Shown here piece by piece: positions 48,230 through 57,211 of a stretch of 64,000 nucleotides of DNA (positions are counted from its first letter, which is position 1; each line of letters begins with the position of its first letter). This DNA is from Chloroflexota bacterium. GTDB lineage: Bacteria; Chloroflexota; UBA11872; VXNJ01. The translations under genes were made by a program, and so were the position numbers. Where the stretch lies: contig JAPOWW010000007.1 in the NCBI GenBank assembly GCA_026707405.1, positions 83,749-147,748 of the forward strand, given 5' to 3'. Below the pieces are notes generated by a model. The model had not been told where the DNA came from. It worked only from the letters and a program-made list of their open reading frames with translations, and made no database searches.

Positions 48230-49213
48230 ATGAGGTGCCCACGCTGCAACGGACTCATCGACCGCGGCGATCGATTTTGCCCGCGCTGCGGAGAACCGCT
48301 CGCCGGCGGCCTGTCCGCGCGAGACACGATCGCCAATCCCTTCATGATCCTGAAGACACGATGGGTTATTCCCTGGGCCGTGCTCGGGTTCATACTTGCC
48401 GTGGTCGTTCTTGTGATTGCCTCCGTGGACTCGGACGACCAACCAACCGATCCGGCTCTCTTCCTGATAGTCCTCAACGTCTTGTTTGGCGTCGTCGCGG
48501 TCTGGATGTTCCGGAGCTTCCGCAGCAAGGGAATCGACGTCCGCCGGCTGATCGGGCGGCTGCCGCAAAACTACAACTGGTTTCCGGTGATTGGGATATT
48601 GCTGGTCAACATGGTGTTCTCGCTGGGATCCGTGATAGTCGTAGGCGCCTTGATCGCCTCGGCTTCCGAACCGGTCGCAAGGTCCCTGGAGACCGAACCG
48701 ATCATCCCCAACACTCCCAACCCCGCATTGCTGATCCTGTCGATAACCACGGTTGCAGTGCTGGCGCCGGTGTTCGAGGAGTTGTTTTTCAGGGGGGTTC
48801 TTATCAACCGCTGGGCCGTCAAATGGCGGCTCGACATAGCAATTGTTGCTTCAGCTCTGCTGTTCGGAATTCTGCATCTCATCGCCATTGGCGGAGCGTT
48901 CATGTTCGGGACCATCGCCGCGCTTCTCTATATACGGACCCGCACGCTGCTGGTTCCCACGGCCATGCACGTCGTCAACAACTCGCTGGTTACTTTGGCC
49001 GTACTCGCCAGACCCACCGAAAACGGACAGACGACCGCTAGCACCGCCAGCGCGGTCGAGATGCCGACAATGATCTTAGGCTTGGTGCTGCTGGCTCTAA
49101 CAGCCCCAATCCTCGTCTGGTACCTCCGCAAGAACTGGCCTCGCCGCGATGAGCCGCCCCCCTATGAAGCGTCCGGCGCCGAACCATCGCCGGTACAAGC
49201 CGCTAGCCTCTGA
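48230..49213 (+). CDS. zinc-ribbon-fused CPBP (CAAX protease / Abi) family intramembrane metalloprotease, paralog 1
   Basis: An N-terminal CxxC-x10-CxxC ribbon (MRCPRCNG..FCPRCGEPL) precedes the TM region. The domain then carries CPBP motifs EELFFRGVLINRW (EExxxR), LLFGILH (FxxxH) and HVVNN (HxxxN). Confidence 0.75.
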   Translation: MRCPRCNGLIDRGDRFCPRCGEPLAGGLSARDTIANPFMILKTRWVIPWAVLGFILAVVVLVIASVDSDDQPTDPALFLIVLNVLFGVVAVWMFRSFRSKGIDVRRLIGRLPQNYNWFPVIGILLVNMVFSLGSVIVVGALIASASEPVARSLETEPIIPNTPNPALLILSITTVAVLAPVFEELFFRGVLINRWAVKWRLDIAIVASALLFGILHLIAIGGAFMFGTIAALLYIRTRTLLVPTAMHVVNNSLVTLAVLARPTENGQTTASTASAVEMPTMILGLVLLALTAPILVWYLRKNWPRRDEPPPYEASGAEPSPVQAASL

Positions 49214-49374
49214 CGATGAGTCACTCGACGGCGAGCTCGGACGGGCGCGGCACACTTGTAGACCGTCCCGGACCGGCGCGACCGTCCGTATCGCACAATC
49301 TCTGGGGATCGACCGCAGTTCTGAGCTTGCCTGATCGCGGCGACGCCCCCAGGCGCTTCAAGGACATCGGCTAG

Positions 49375-50376
49375 GTGATCAACTGCGCTAGCTGCGGCAA
49401 TCTGGTCGCCCTCGACGACCGGTACTGCCGGCACTGCGGAGAGCCGCTCACCCGCGGCCCGTCCGCAGGAGAGAAAGTCGGTAATCCCTTCCTTATCCTC
49501 AAGTCGCGTTGGGGCGTTTTCTTGGCCATGCTTGGATTCACACTCGCATGGGGCCTTCTGCGGTTGGGCTTGGAGGACCCGGACGTTCGACGATCCGATC
49601 CCGCTCTCTTCCTGGCTGCCGTCATCGTTCTCTCTGGTCCTATCGCCCTCTGGATTTATTGGAGCTTCCGCAGCAAGCGAATCGACGTGCGCAGATTGAT
49701 CGGGCGGCTGCCGGAGAACTACAACTGGTGTCCGGCGATCGGGATACTGCTGGTCAACATGGTGTTCTCGCTCGGCGCCGCGATCGTCGTATTTTCCGCG
49801 ATCGGTTTGGTAGTCGAACCGGCCGCAAGGCCCTTGGACACCGAATCGATCACTTCCAATTCTCCCAACCCAGTTTTGCTGAATGTGTCAGCAGCCACGG
49901 TTGCAGTGCTGGCGCCGGTCTTCGAAGAGTTGTTTTTCAGGGGGGTCCTCATCAACCGCTGGGCCGTCAAATGGCGGCTTGGGATCGCAATTTTCGCTTC
50001 GGCTCTGCTGTTCGGAATCATGCATTTCATCATCGCTGGAGGAGCATTCACTGGAGCGTTCACATTCGGGGCGATCACCGCGGTTCTCTATATAAGAACC
50101 CGCACACTCCTGGTTCCGATGGCCTTGCACATCGCCAACAACTCGCTGGTGGTGACACTGCTCATACTCACCTCAACCACGGGAATTGCGCGGACTGCCG
50201 CGAGCACCGTCGTCGACGCCACCATGTCGACAATGATCTTCGGACTCGCGCTGCTGGCTCTAACAGCCCCAATTCTCATCTGGTACCTCCGCAAGAACTG
50301 GCCGCGCCGCGATGAACTGCTCCCCTACGAAGCCTCTGGTGACGGACCATTGCCGACAAACACCATGGGCGATTAA
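49375..50376 (+). CDS. zinc-ribbon-fused CPBP family intramembrane metalloprotease, paralog 2
   Basis: ~70% identical to paralog 1, with the same ribbon (CASCGN..YCRHCGEPL) and CPBP motifs. Confidence 0.75.
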   Translation: MINCASCGNLVALDDRYCRHCGEPLTRGPSAGEKVGNPFLILKSRWGVFLAMLGFTLAWGLLRLGLEDPDVRRSDPALFLAAVIVLSGPIALWIYWSFRSKRIDVRRLIGRLPENYNWCPAIGILLVNMVFSLGAAIVVFSAIGLVVEPAARPLDTESITSNSPNPVLLNVSAATVAVLAPVFEELFFRGVLINRWAVKWRLGIAIFASALLFGIMHFIIAGGAFTGAFTFGAITAVLYIRTRTLLVPMALHIANNSLVVTLLILTSTTGIARTAASTVVDATMSTMIFGLALLALTAPILIWYLRKNWPRRDELLPYEASGDGPLPTNTMGD

Positions 50377-50505
50377 GGCTAGACCGAACTAGAGTAAAGG
50401 GCGGCGCACCGGCAAGCCGCCAGGTCGATCCGGACCTATGCAGACGCCCGCATAGCGTGGCTACGGACGACGAGCCGCAGTCCCGGTCTCGCCGGACTTT
50501 CGTAA

Positions 50506-51522
50506 ATGGAGCTGCTCTCGGAGCACATGGACTATTTGATGCACTGCCCGAACTGCAACAGCCCGGTCACTCTGGGCGACCGGTACTGCCAAAACTGTGG
50601 CGCGTCGCTCGACGACACCCCGCCTCCGGCAGCCCCTTCCCCCAACCCCTTCCGGAATCTGAAGGTTCGATGGGTGATTGTCTGGGCTGCGTTCTGCTTT
50701 GCTATGACGATAGTGGTGGTCGCGCTGGGCTCTCTGTACTTAGATGCTGACCCATCCGATCCTATGGCTCGTCTCATAGCCATCAATTTGCTTTACGGTT
50801 CAATGCTCGGCTGGATCATTTGGCAGTTTCGGCGGAAGGGCATCGACATCTGGCAATTGGTGGGAAGGCTCCCGCCGAGATTCAGCTGGTTTCCAGTGAT
50901 CGGACTACTTCTGGTCGGCTATGCATTTTCAACGGGCGCCTTGGAAGTTGTCGGGTCTCTCATTTCTGTCACCATGCCTGAGTTCCTGCAATCCAACACG
51001 ATCATGTCAGACAGCCCTGAGTCCAGTGCGACCTACTTCATAGTGGGGATAGCAACCGCCGCTATCGTGGGCCCACTCTGGGAAGAGGTGTTCATCAGAG
51101 GAGTGCTAATCAACCGGTGGGGGATCAAGTGGGGAATCCGGAACGCGATCATTGCGTCGGCAGCGCTTTTCGGCATCACACATGGCTACGACCTTTTTGG
51201 AGCCTTCATGCACGGCATGGTCGCTGCCGTTCTCTACATACGGACCCGGACGTTACTCGCCCCGATCGCGTTGCACGCGGCCCATAACACGTTGGCCACG
51301 CTCCTCAACTTCGCCTCACTCGCGGCAGGTGAGCCTGACACCGGGAGCATCGCTGGAGACATCGAGTCCTTGGTGCTCGGTCTGGCGTTGCTGACACCCA
51401 CGCTACCCATCTTGGTCTGGTACATCTGCAAGAACTGGCCCAGCCACTACGAGCCGCTCCCTTACCAAGCCTCAGGCGTTGGATCCTTCCCGGCAGACAG
51501 AGCAGCCGACGCCGAAGACTAG
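50506..51522 (+). CDS. zinc-ribbon-fused CPBP family intramembrane metalloprotease, paralog 3 (more divergent)
   Basis: Ribbon MHCPNCNS..YCQNCGASL with motifs EEVFIRGVLINRW, LFGITH and HAAHN. The C-terminal NWP...PYQASG tail is conserved across all three. Confidence 0.75.
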   Translation: MELLSEHMDYLMHCPNCNSPVTLGDRYCQNCGASLDDTPPPAAPSPNPFRNLKVRWVIVWAAFCFAMTIVVVALGSLYLDADPSDPMARLIAINLLYGSMLGWIIWQFRRKGIDIWQLVGRLPPRFSWFPVIGLLLVGYAFSTGALEVVGSLISVTMPEFLQSNTIMSDSPESSATYFIVGIATAAIVGPLWEEVFIRGVLINRWGIKWGIRNAIIASAALFGITHGYDLFGAFMHGMVAAVLYIRTRTLLAPIALHAAHNTLATLLNFASLAAGEPDTGSIAGDIESLVLGLALLTPTLPILVWYICKNWPSHYEPLPYQASGVGSFPADRAADAED

Positions 51523-51544
51523 CCCCCCGCCGGCAACAACGATG

Positions 51545-52690
51545 CTACGAGCGCGTCCGCCCGGCCTGTTCGCGCAGCTCGGTAGACGAGATATCGACCC
51601 GATAGCGGCTCTCCAGTATCGACTCGAACATGTGCCGGTACTCCGCCGGAATCTCCACGTCGCCTAGGCTCGTAAAGACGCCCGGTCCCTGGGACCGGCC
51701 CGCAACCAGAAACCTGCATCCCGCGCGCGACAGCTCATCCAGCGCCGCAAGCATCTCCTGCTGGCTTCCTCCGTAGTATTTGCGGTCGACGACCCGCGGC
51801 GCAGTATCTGCCCCTATTACAAAGGCTCGTTCCGGCAGAATCCGCGCCTTCTCCACGAACGTCGGCGCGCTCGTCACCAGCACCTCGCCCACTCCCGTGA
51901 ACTGCGAGAGTCGCCGCTCGAGTTCGTCCAGGTCGATCACGGGCTTGTCGACGTTGCTCACCGACAGCTCGAACGCGACTTCCGTATCAAGAATGTCAGC
52001 CGCCACCCGCACCAGCTCAATGTGCCCCCTGTGCAGCGGATCGAACGAACCGGGCAGCATTGCCCCGGCTGACACTGGCCTATCGCTAAGCCGGCCCCGC
52101 TCGTCCCGCCGAAACGAAGACGCTCTGGAGTCAACCAGCCGCTCATACCAGTAGGCCGCTCCTAGGTCGAAGTCTTCGACACGTTCGCCAGGCAACAGAC
52201 CAAGCTCCGTCCGCTCAGTCACCCCGAACGCCTCGGCAATGCAGTTGAGCACGAGCTTGTCCACCAATTCTTCCTCATCGATCCGGCTCCGCGCGCCCTT
52301 GCGCATATCGATCCAGCGATTTATGTCAACCGATGCACTAGTGATCGACACGAAGCACCTGTTCCGCCCCCGCCTCGGCCGGTCAGTCGTCAAGGCCGCC
52401 GTTACTCCCACGCCTATCAACGTCGCGGCCTGGTCAGTAATTCGGGACATCCCCATGTCCCGCGCCCGCCGGGCCATGTCGGCCGCAGTCTCTTTCGAGC
52501 AGAGGGATCGCGGTTCGTAACCGAGGTATGCCCGCATCGACTCCTTCGAGTACGGGACCACGGCGTGCAGCAACGTCCGCGAAGCTCCCGGCACGCGGGC
52601 CAGCGCCGCGATGGCGCCCGTCCCGCCTCCCGCGGCCGCGATCACGAGCTCACCGGAAGAGCTATGAATGGATTCGATCAACCCGTCCAC
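51545..52690 (-). CDS. fusion of a CinA-C/PncC-like domain with an HxGH nucleotidyltransferase (NadD/CoaD-like) domain
   Basis: The N-terminal half resembles the CinA C-terminal (NMN deamidase) fold (LVIAAAGGGTGAIAALARVPGASRTLLHAVVPYS). The C-terminal half carries GSFDPLHRGHIELVR, typical of (d)NMP adenylyl/cytidylyltransferases. Confidence 0.5.
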   Translation of the reverse strand: MDGLIESIHSSSGELVIAAAGGGTGAIAALARVPGASRTLLHAVVPYSKESMRAYLGYEPRSLCSKETAADMARRARDMGMSRITDQAATLIGVGVTAALTTDRPRRGRNRCFVSITSASVDINRWIDMRKGARSRIDEEELVDKLVLNCIAEAFGVTERTELGLLPGERVEDFDLGAAYWYERLVDSRASSFRRDERGRLSDRPVSAGAMLPGSFDPLHRGHIELVRVAADILDTEVAFELSVSNVDKPVIDLDELERRLSQFTGVGEVLVTSAPTFVEKARILPERAFVIGADTAPRVVDRKYYGGSQQEMLAALDELSRAGCRFLVAGRSQGPGVFTSLGDVEIPAEYRHMFESILESRYRVDISSTELREQAGRTRS

Positions 52691-52908
52691 TCAGACCTGA
52701 TCCCGTTGCCTCCCTCGCCACAGAAATCTCCCTACGCACGAAGCGGCTCGACTCCGTAAAATCTAAGGTTGCTTAAGGCTTGGTTCACCGGTTGCGGTTC
52801 ATTCTCTCATTTGATCGCGGTTACTGGTGTTACCCTTGTTTGAGTCACAGGCCGAGGCGCCGGGAGAGCGTCTATTTATCGGCATGTTCGAGACCGAAAG
52901 GCGGATGA

Positions 52909-54516
52909 ATGAGTTTGGACGGCAATGCCCTCGCGGCGGGCGAGTTGAGTTCGATTGGGATACAGAATTCGAAATCCGTTTACTGGAACTCCTCCATAGC
53001 GGTGCTCTACGAGGAAGCCGTCAAACGGGGCGAGGGAATTGTGGCCGATCAGGGCCCGCTCGTCGTTGAGACGGGCAAGCACACCGGGCGCTCCCCGAAT
53101 GCGAAGTTCGTCGTGCGTGAGCCGGGTAGCCAGGACTCCATCTGGTGGGGCAACGTAAACAGGCCGTTCGACTCGACGGACTTCGACCGCCTTCAGGATG
53201 AGGTCGGCGCCTACCTCGGCGACCGCGACCTCTTCGTGCAGGACCTCCACGCCGGTGCCGATCCCGAAAACCGCATCGGCGTGCGCGTCATAACCGAGCG
53301 CGCCTGGAACGCCATGTTCGTCAGGCACCTTTTTCTTGACCAGTACGGAAACGGCGCCGACGTAGACGTCTTCGACAACTTCACCGTCATTCACGCGCCA
53401 GGATTCAAAGCCGAGCCCGAGCGCCACAACACGAACTCCGACGCGTTCGTTCTGCTCCACTTCGGCAAGCGCATCGTGCTGATCGGCGGAACCGGCTACG
53501 CCGGCGAAACCAAGAAGTCGATCTTCACCGTCATGAACTACATTCTGCCCGCGCGCGGCGTGCTCTCCATGCACTGCTCCGCCAATTACGGGCCCGCCAA
53601 CGACGTGGCACTCTTCTTCGGACTCTCCGGCACCGGCAAGACAACCCTCTCCGCCGACACCTCGCGCACGCTCATCGGTGACGACGAGCACGGCTGGAGC
53701 GATAACGGGATATTCAACGTCGAGGGCGGCTGCTACGCCAAGATGATCGCCCTTTCGCCCGAAGCCGAGCCGGAGATATTCGCCACGTCGCGGATGTTCG
53801 GAACGGTGCTCGAAAACGTCGTCTACGACGAGAACCTGCGGGCGCTGGACCTCGACGACGACAGCATCACCGAGAACACCCGCGGTGCCTATCCCGTCAG
53901 CTACATACCGAATTCCGATCCCCACGGCGTCGCCGGACACCCGGAGAACATCCTGCTGCTCACCGCCGATGCGTTCGGCGTGATGCCACCCATAGCGCGG
54001 CTCTCGCACGAGCAGGCGATGTACTACTTCGTGTCCGGATACACCTCCAAGCTGGCCGGTACAGAAGTGGGAATAATTGAGCCGGAAGCCACGTTCAGCC
54101 CTTGCTTCGGCGCTCCGTTCCTGCCTCGCCCGCCCGCGGAATATGCCGATCTGCTCGGCGAGCGGCTGCGCAAGCACCAGCCTGACGTCTGGCTCATAAA
54201 CACGGGCTGGACCGGCGGGCCCTACGGAACCGGAAGCCGTATGCCGATTAAGGACACTCGCGCAATGGTCAAGGCCGCGCTCGACGGGCGGCTCAGCCAG
54301 GTCGAGTTCGAAGAGGACCCGGTTTTCGGGCTTCAGATCCCTAAGACGTGCCCCGACATCGACCAGAGCCTGCTCAGGCCTCGCTCGACTTGGGACGACA
54401 CCGACGCCTACGACCGCACCGCCGCCGAGCTGGCACGGTCCTTCGCCGACAATTTCAAGCAGTACGCGTCCGGCGCAGCTGCGGGGCTGGAAGCGGTAGG
54501 TCCTAGACCTTCCTAA
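52909..54516 (+). CDS. pckA: phosphoenolpyruvate carboxykinase (ATP)
   Basis: Kinase-1a P-loop FGLSGTGKTTLS and the PEPCK-ATP family N-terminal (GKHTGRSPNAKF) and metal-site motifs. 535 aa. Confidence 0.92.
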   Translation: MSLDGNALAAGELSSIGIQNSKSVYWNSSIAVLYEEAVKRGEGIVADQGPLVVETGKHTGRSPNAKFVVREPGSQDSIWWGNVNRPFDSTDFDRLQDEVGAYLGDRDLFVQDLHAGADPENRIGVRVITERAWNAMFVRHLFLDQYGNGADVDVFDNFTVIHAPGFKAEPERHNTNSDAFVLLHFGKRIVLIGGTGYAGETKKSIFTVMNYILPARGVLSMHCSANYGPANDVALFFGLSGTGKTTLSADTSRTLIGDDEHGWSDNGIFNVEGGCYAKMIALSPEAEPEIFATSRMFGTVLENVVYDENLRALDLDDDSITENTRGAYPVSYIPNSDPHGVAGHPENILLLTADAFGVMPPIARLSHEQAMYYFVSGYTSKLAGTEVGIIEPEATFSPCFGAPFLPRPPAEYADLLGERLRKHQPDVWLINTGWTGGPYGTGSRMPIKDTRAMVKAALDGRLSQVEFEEDPVFGLQIPKTCPDIDQSLLRPRSTWDDTDAYDRTAAELARSFADNFKQYASGAAAGLEAVGPRPS

Positions 54517-54533
54517 GCGATCTGGAACACTTC

Positions 54534-54575
54534 GGCGGCAGTCTCTGTTAGAGACTGCCGCCCTCGGTTTTTCGT
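54534..54575 (+). terminator. rho-independent terminator downstream of pckA
   Basis: A perfect 12-bp stem GGCGGCAGTCTC / GAGACTGCCGCC with loop TGTTA, followed by CTCGGTTTTTCG, 18 nt after the stop. Confidence 0.75.
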
Positions 54576-54722
54576 GGCGCATAGGTCATTGCAAGAGCCA
54601 CTGAAGCGAAGGAATCTCGCATCCTGTCGCCATCGCCATTCGTCATCCAGACGAAAAGCCGGCCTCGGCCTACCCCGTAGCCGATACGGGGCAGGAATCC
54701 AGACCATCATTCGGACATCGTA

Positions 54723-54744
54723 GGAGCGGTTCGCAAACCGCCCG
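54723..54744. repeat. palindrome GGAGCGGTTCGCAAACCGCCCG (copy 2 of 2)
   Basis: Same core as 4958-4981. It is embedded in a hairpin-rich intergenic tract (54580-54900) that also holds the dispersed-repeat copies C1/C2. Confidence 0.6.
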
Positions 54745-54788
54745 TCTAGGCTATCCATGGCGAGCAGAGCCGTGGTGGTGAGCCGCCG

Positions 54789-54868
54789 CCGTTCGTGGTG
54801 AGCCCGTCGAACCATGAACGGATCCCAGGCCCTCAGCCCGCCTGTCCTCAGTTCGTCGAAGGGACGAG
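54789..54868. repeat. dispersed palindromic intergenic repeat, copies C1/C2 (both sequence variants)
   Basis: Contains ccgttcgtggtgagcccgtcgaaccatgaacgg (VVSxSNHE variant) and cctcagttcgtcgaagggacgagcg. Confidence 0.55.
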
Positions 54869-54941
54869 CGCGACAGACGAATCGCGTCCGGTAAAGCTCT
54901 GCGGCTGACTTGCCCCGGTTGAGGCAGGCGACCTCTTTCCG

Positions 54942-55345
54942 CTACGTCGGCGAAATCAGCGTCCCTGGCGGCGTTGGCCGGGGCGTGTCGCGCCCCGGCT
55001 TCAGCACGTCCTCTATCGGTATCATCTCGCCCCGCATCCTCGTGAACGCGTGCTTGGCAAGCTCGCCCTCCGGCAGCGGCGGATCGTCATCATCGACGAC
55101 GTCCGCTAGGTAGTCCAAAAGCAAGCGTATAGACCGCTTCGTGTTCATCCGCCCGAACCAGAGACTCCTGCCCCTGAGAACCAGCAGGGTCACGTTCGAA
55201 GGCGTGCACAGACCCAGACAGCCATCACCCGAGTCGTCGGTGATGGTCAAGTCTATTTTTTCATCTATCCCGCGGTCTTCCAGACCGGTTTCGTAATCCT
55301 CGACGAGGATTGGCGGGCGAAACAGAGTTGCGCCCGAGCCGCATC
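54942..55345 (-). pseudogene. possible frameshifted thioredoxin-like [2Fe-2S] ferredoxin
   Basis: ORF 54942-55250 carries the C-terminal CLGLC...P.V motif. A different frame just upstream (55346-55438) encodes ...YYQWRTPEGRRLTIEEVRGQLFVCNGC followed by a stop. Together they resemble a single split Trx-like ferredoxin. Confidence 0.3.
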
Positions 55346-55590
55346 AGCAACCGTTGCAGACGAACAGTTGCCCGCGCACCTCCTCGATCGTCAGCCGTCG
55401 GCCCTCCGGCGTTCGCCACTGGTAGTAACCTGCCAATTTGCCTCCTGGTGATCCGCGCGCTGGCGGTCAACTGCCGTACGTCAAACATACCGGCCCGCTC
55501 GGACGTTTAGCAAACCCCTCATCGCCGAGACGGTTCGGTCGCGGTTAATTTGCGAAGCTGGACAATCCGGAAGCCACCACACACCCTCCC

Positions 55591-55624
55591 CCGTTCGTCC
55601 TGAGCCTGTCGAAGGGCGAATGGG
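55591..55624. repeat. dispersed palindromic intergenic repeat, copy D (canonical)
   Basis: Sequence ccgttcgtcctgagcctgtcgaagggcgaatggg, whose stem CCGTTCG/CGAA(T/C)GG encloses the core. Confidence 0.65.
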
Positions 55625-55788
55625 GGAAGCCCCTCGTCGCGCTGTCATGCCTCCTCCTTCACCACGCCGCCGGTCGCGCGATTTCGACGAGTCGTCTAGT
55701 CTCTGATTGATCCGAAATCGTGCTTGACAGGCAGGCAGTGCGCGACCCGCAGCAACTAACCGGCCCGGATTTCAAAAGCGAGGAAGCT

Positions 55789-56952
55789 ATGCTCAGCGAA
55801 ACCACGATCACCAGCGTCGAGATCTTCGAGTTCATCGTCCGGCTCAAGGAGATGGGTACCGACTACAACGGCTTCAACTTCGTCTACTGTCCCGGCGAAA
55901 CGCTTGAGTTGAAACGTCACGCGCTGGCGATCACCACCCACGGTGGGCTGCGCGGCGAATGCATCGCCGGAAGTGCGTCGTCATACGCGCAGATCGCCGG
56001 TTTCACGCATTACCTGCTCGGCAAGGACGCGCTCCAGCGGGAGAAAATCTACAACGACGTCAAGCGCGCCCTCCGTCAGAGCGACAGGACAGGCCTGGGA
56101 CCTGTGGACATCGCCCTGTGGGACATCGCGGGCAAGTATTACGACACACCCATCTACAAGCTCCTCGGCGGAAGCGACAAGCCGCTACCCTGCTACGCCA
56201 GCACCTACCACGGCGACCGCAACGGCGGTCTCGACAGTCCCGAGGCGTTCGCCGATTTCGCCGTCCAATGTCAGGACATGGGCTATCCCGCATTTAAGTG
56301 CCATCCTTGGGGCGACCCCATCACCAAGCAGGAGATAGAGAACGTACTCGCCATTCGCAAGGCAGTCGGCGACGACATGGATCTCATGCTGGACCCCGCC
56401 TGCGAGTACGAGACGTTCGGTCAGGCTCTCAAGGTGGGACGCGCTGTCGACGAGGCCAACTACTTCTGGTACGAGGACCCCTATAAGGACGGCGGAGTGT
56501 CGGCGTTCGCGCATCGAAAGCTGCGCGAAACCCTCAAGACGCCCCTGCTCATGACTGAGCATATCCGTGGATTGGAAGAGCACGTCGATTTCATCGTCAA
56601 CGGCGGCACCGACTTCGTCCGCGTCGACGCTTATATCGACGGTGGGTTGACCGGCGCGCTCAAGATCGCGCACGCCGCCGAAGGCTTTGGACTCGACGGC
56701 GAGACCCACGGCCCCGGCCCGGTCCACCGGCACCTGATGGCGTCGATCCGCAACACCAACTACTACGAGCTGGGGCTGGTGCATCCCAAGGCTCCCGCTC
56801 ACAGCGGCGACATCTACCTCGACTATTCCGACAACCTGGATTCGGTCGACGAGAACGGCTGCGTCTACGTCCCCCAGGGACCCGGCCTCGGCGCACAGAT
56901 CAACTGGGACTTCGTCAAGAAAAACCAGGTCGACGGAGCCGTATTCGACTAG
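55789..56952 (+). CDS. enolase-superfamily dehydratase (mandelate racemase/MLE family, sugar-acid dehydratase-like)
   Basis: MR/MLE N-terminal domain (ITSVEIFEFIV...) and barrel region (DIALWDIAGKYYDTPIYKLLGG; metal ligands D/E/D pattern). Confidence 0.8.
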   Translation: MLSETTITSVEIFEFIVRLKEMGTDYNGFNFVYCPGETLELKRHALAITTHGGLRGECIAGSASSYAQIAGFTHYLLGKDALQREKIYNDVKRALRQSDRTGLGPVDIALWDIAGKYYDTPIYKLLGGSDKPLPCYASTYHGDRNGGLDSPEAFADFAVQCQDMGYPAFKCHPWGDPITKQEIENVLAIRKAVGDDMDLMLDPACEYETFGQALKVGRAVDEANYFWYEDPYKDGGVSAFAHRKLRETLKTPLLMTEHIRGLEEHVDFIVNGGTDFVRVDAYIDGGLTGALKIAHAAEGFGLDGETHGPGPVHRHLMASIRNTNYYELGLVHPKAPAHSGDIYLDYSDNLDSVDENGCVYVPQGPGLGAQINWDFVKKNQVDGAVFD

Positions 56953-57080
56953 CCGCTCCCCGTCATACCCCTCTTCCTTGAGGGAGGGGCCCGTAAGGGT
57001 AGAAGCTCCCCAGCGCCTACGTGCGTATATCCTCCATTGCCACTCCCAGCATCCCCATTCTCTCTAACTCTACCCACCAT

Positions 57081-57110
57081 GACCTTGCCGAAGGGTCGAG
57101 GGATGAGCGG
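57081..57110. repeat. dispersed palindromic intergenic repeat, copy E (partial)
   Basis: Sequence gaccttgccgaagggtcgagggatgagcgg. Confidence 0.45.
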
Positions 57111-57211
57111 AGCATCTACAACGTACTAGAGACATAGCCGCGCGAATCGACGATAATCGACAACGGGCCTGCGCCCGCTATACACATCAATCAGGAACCT
57201 TAACTAAAACC

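Noticed and set aside
52876-54582. 568-aa ORF antisense to pckA
   Set aside because: The pckA frame has the PEPCK P-loop and full-length family match. The antisense ORF is a Gly/Val/Arg-rich artefact.
56185-56802. 205-aa ORF antisense to the second enolase-superfamily gene
   Set aside because: Antisense artefact.
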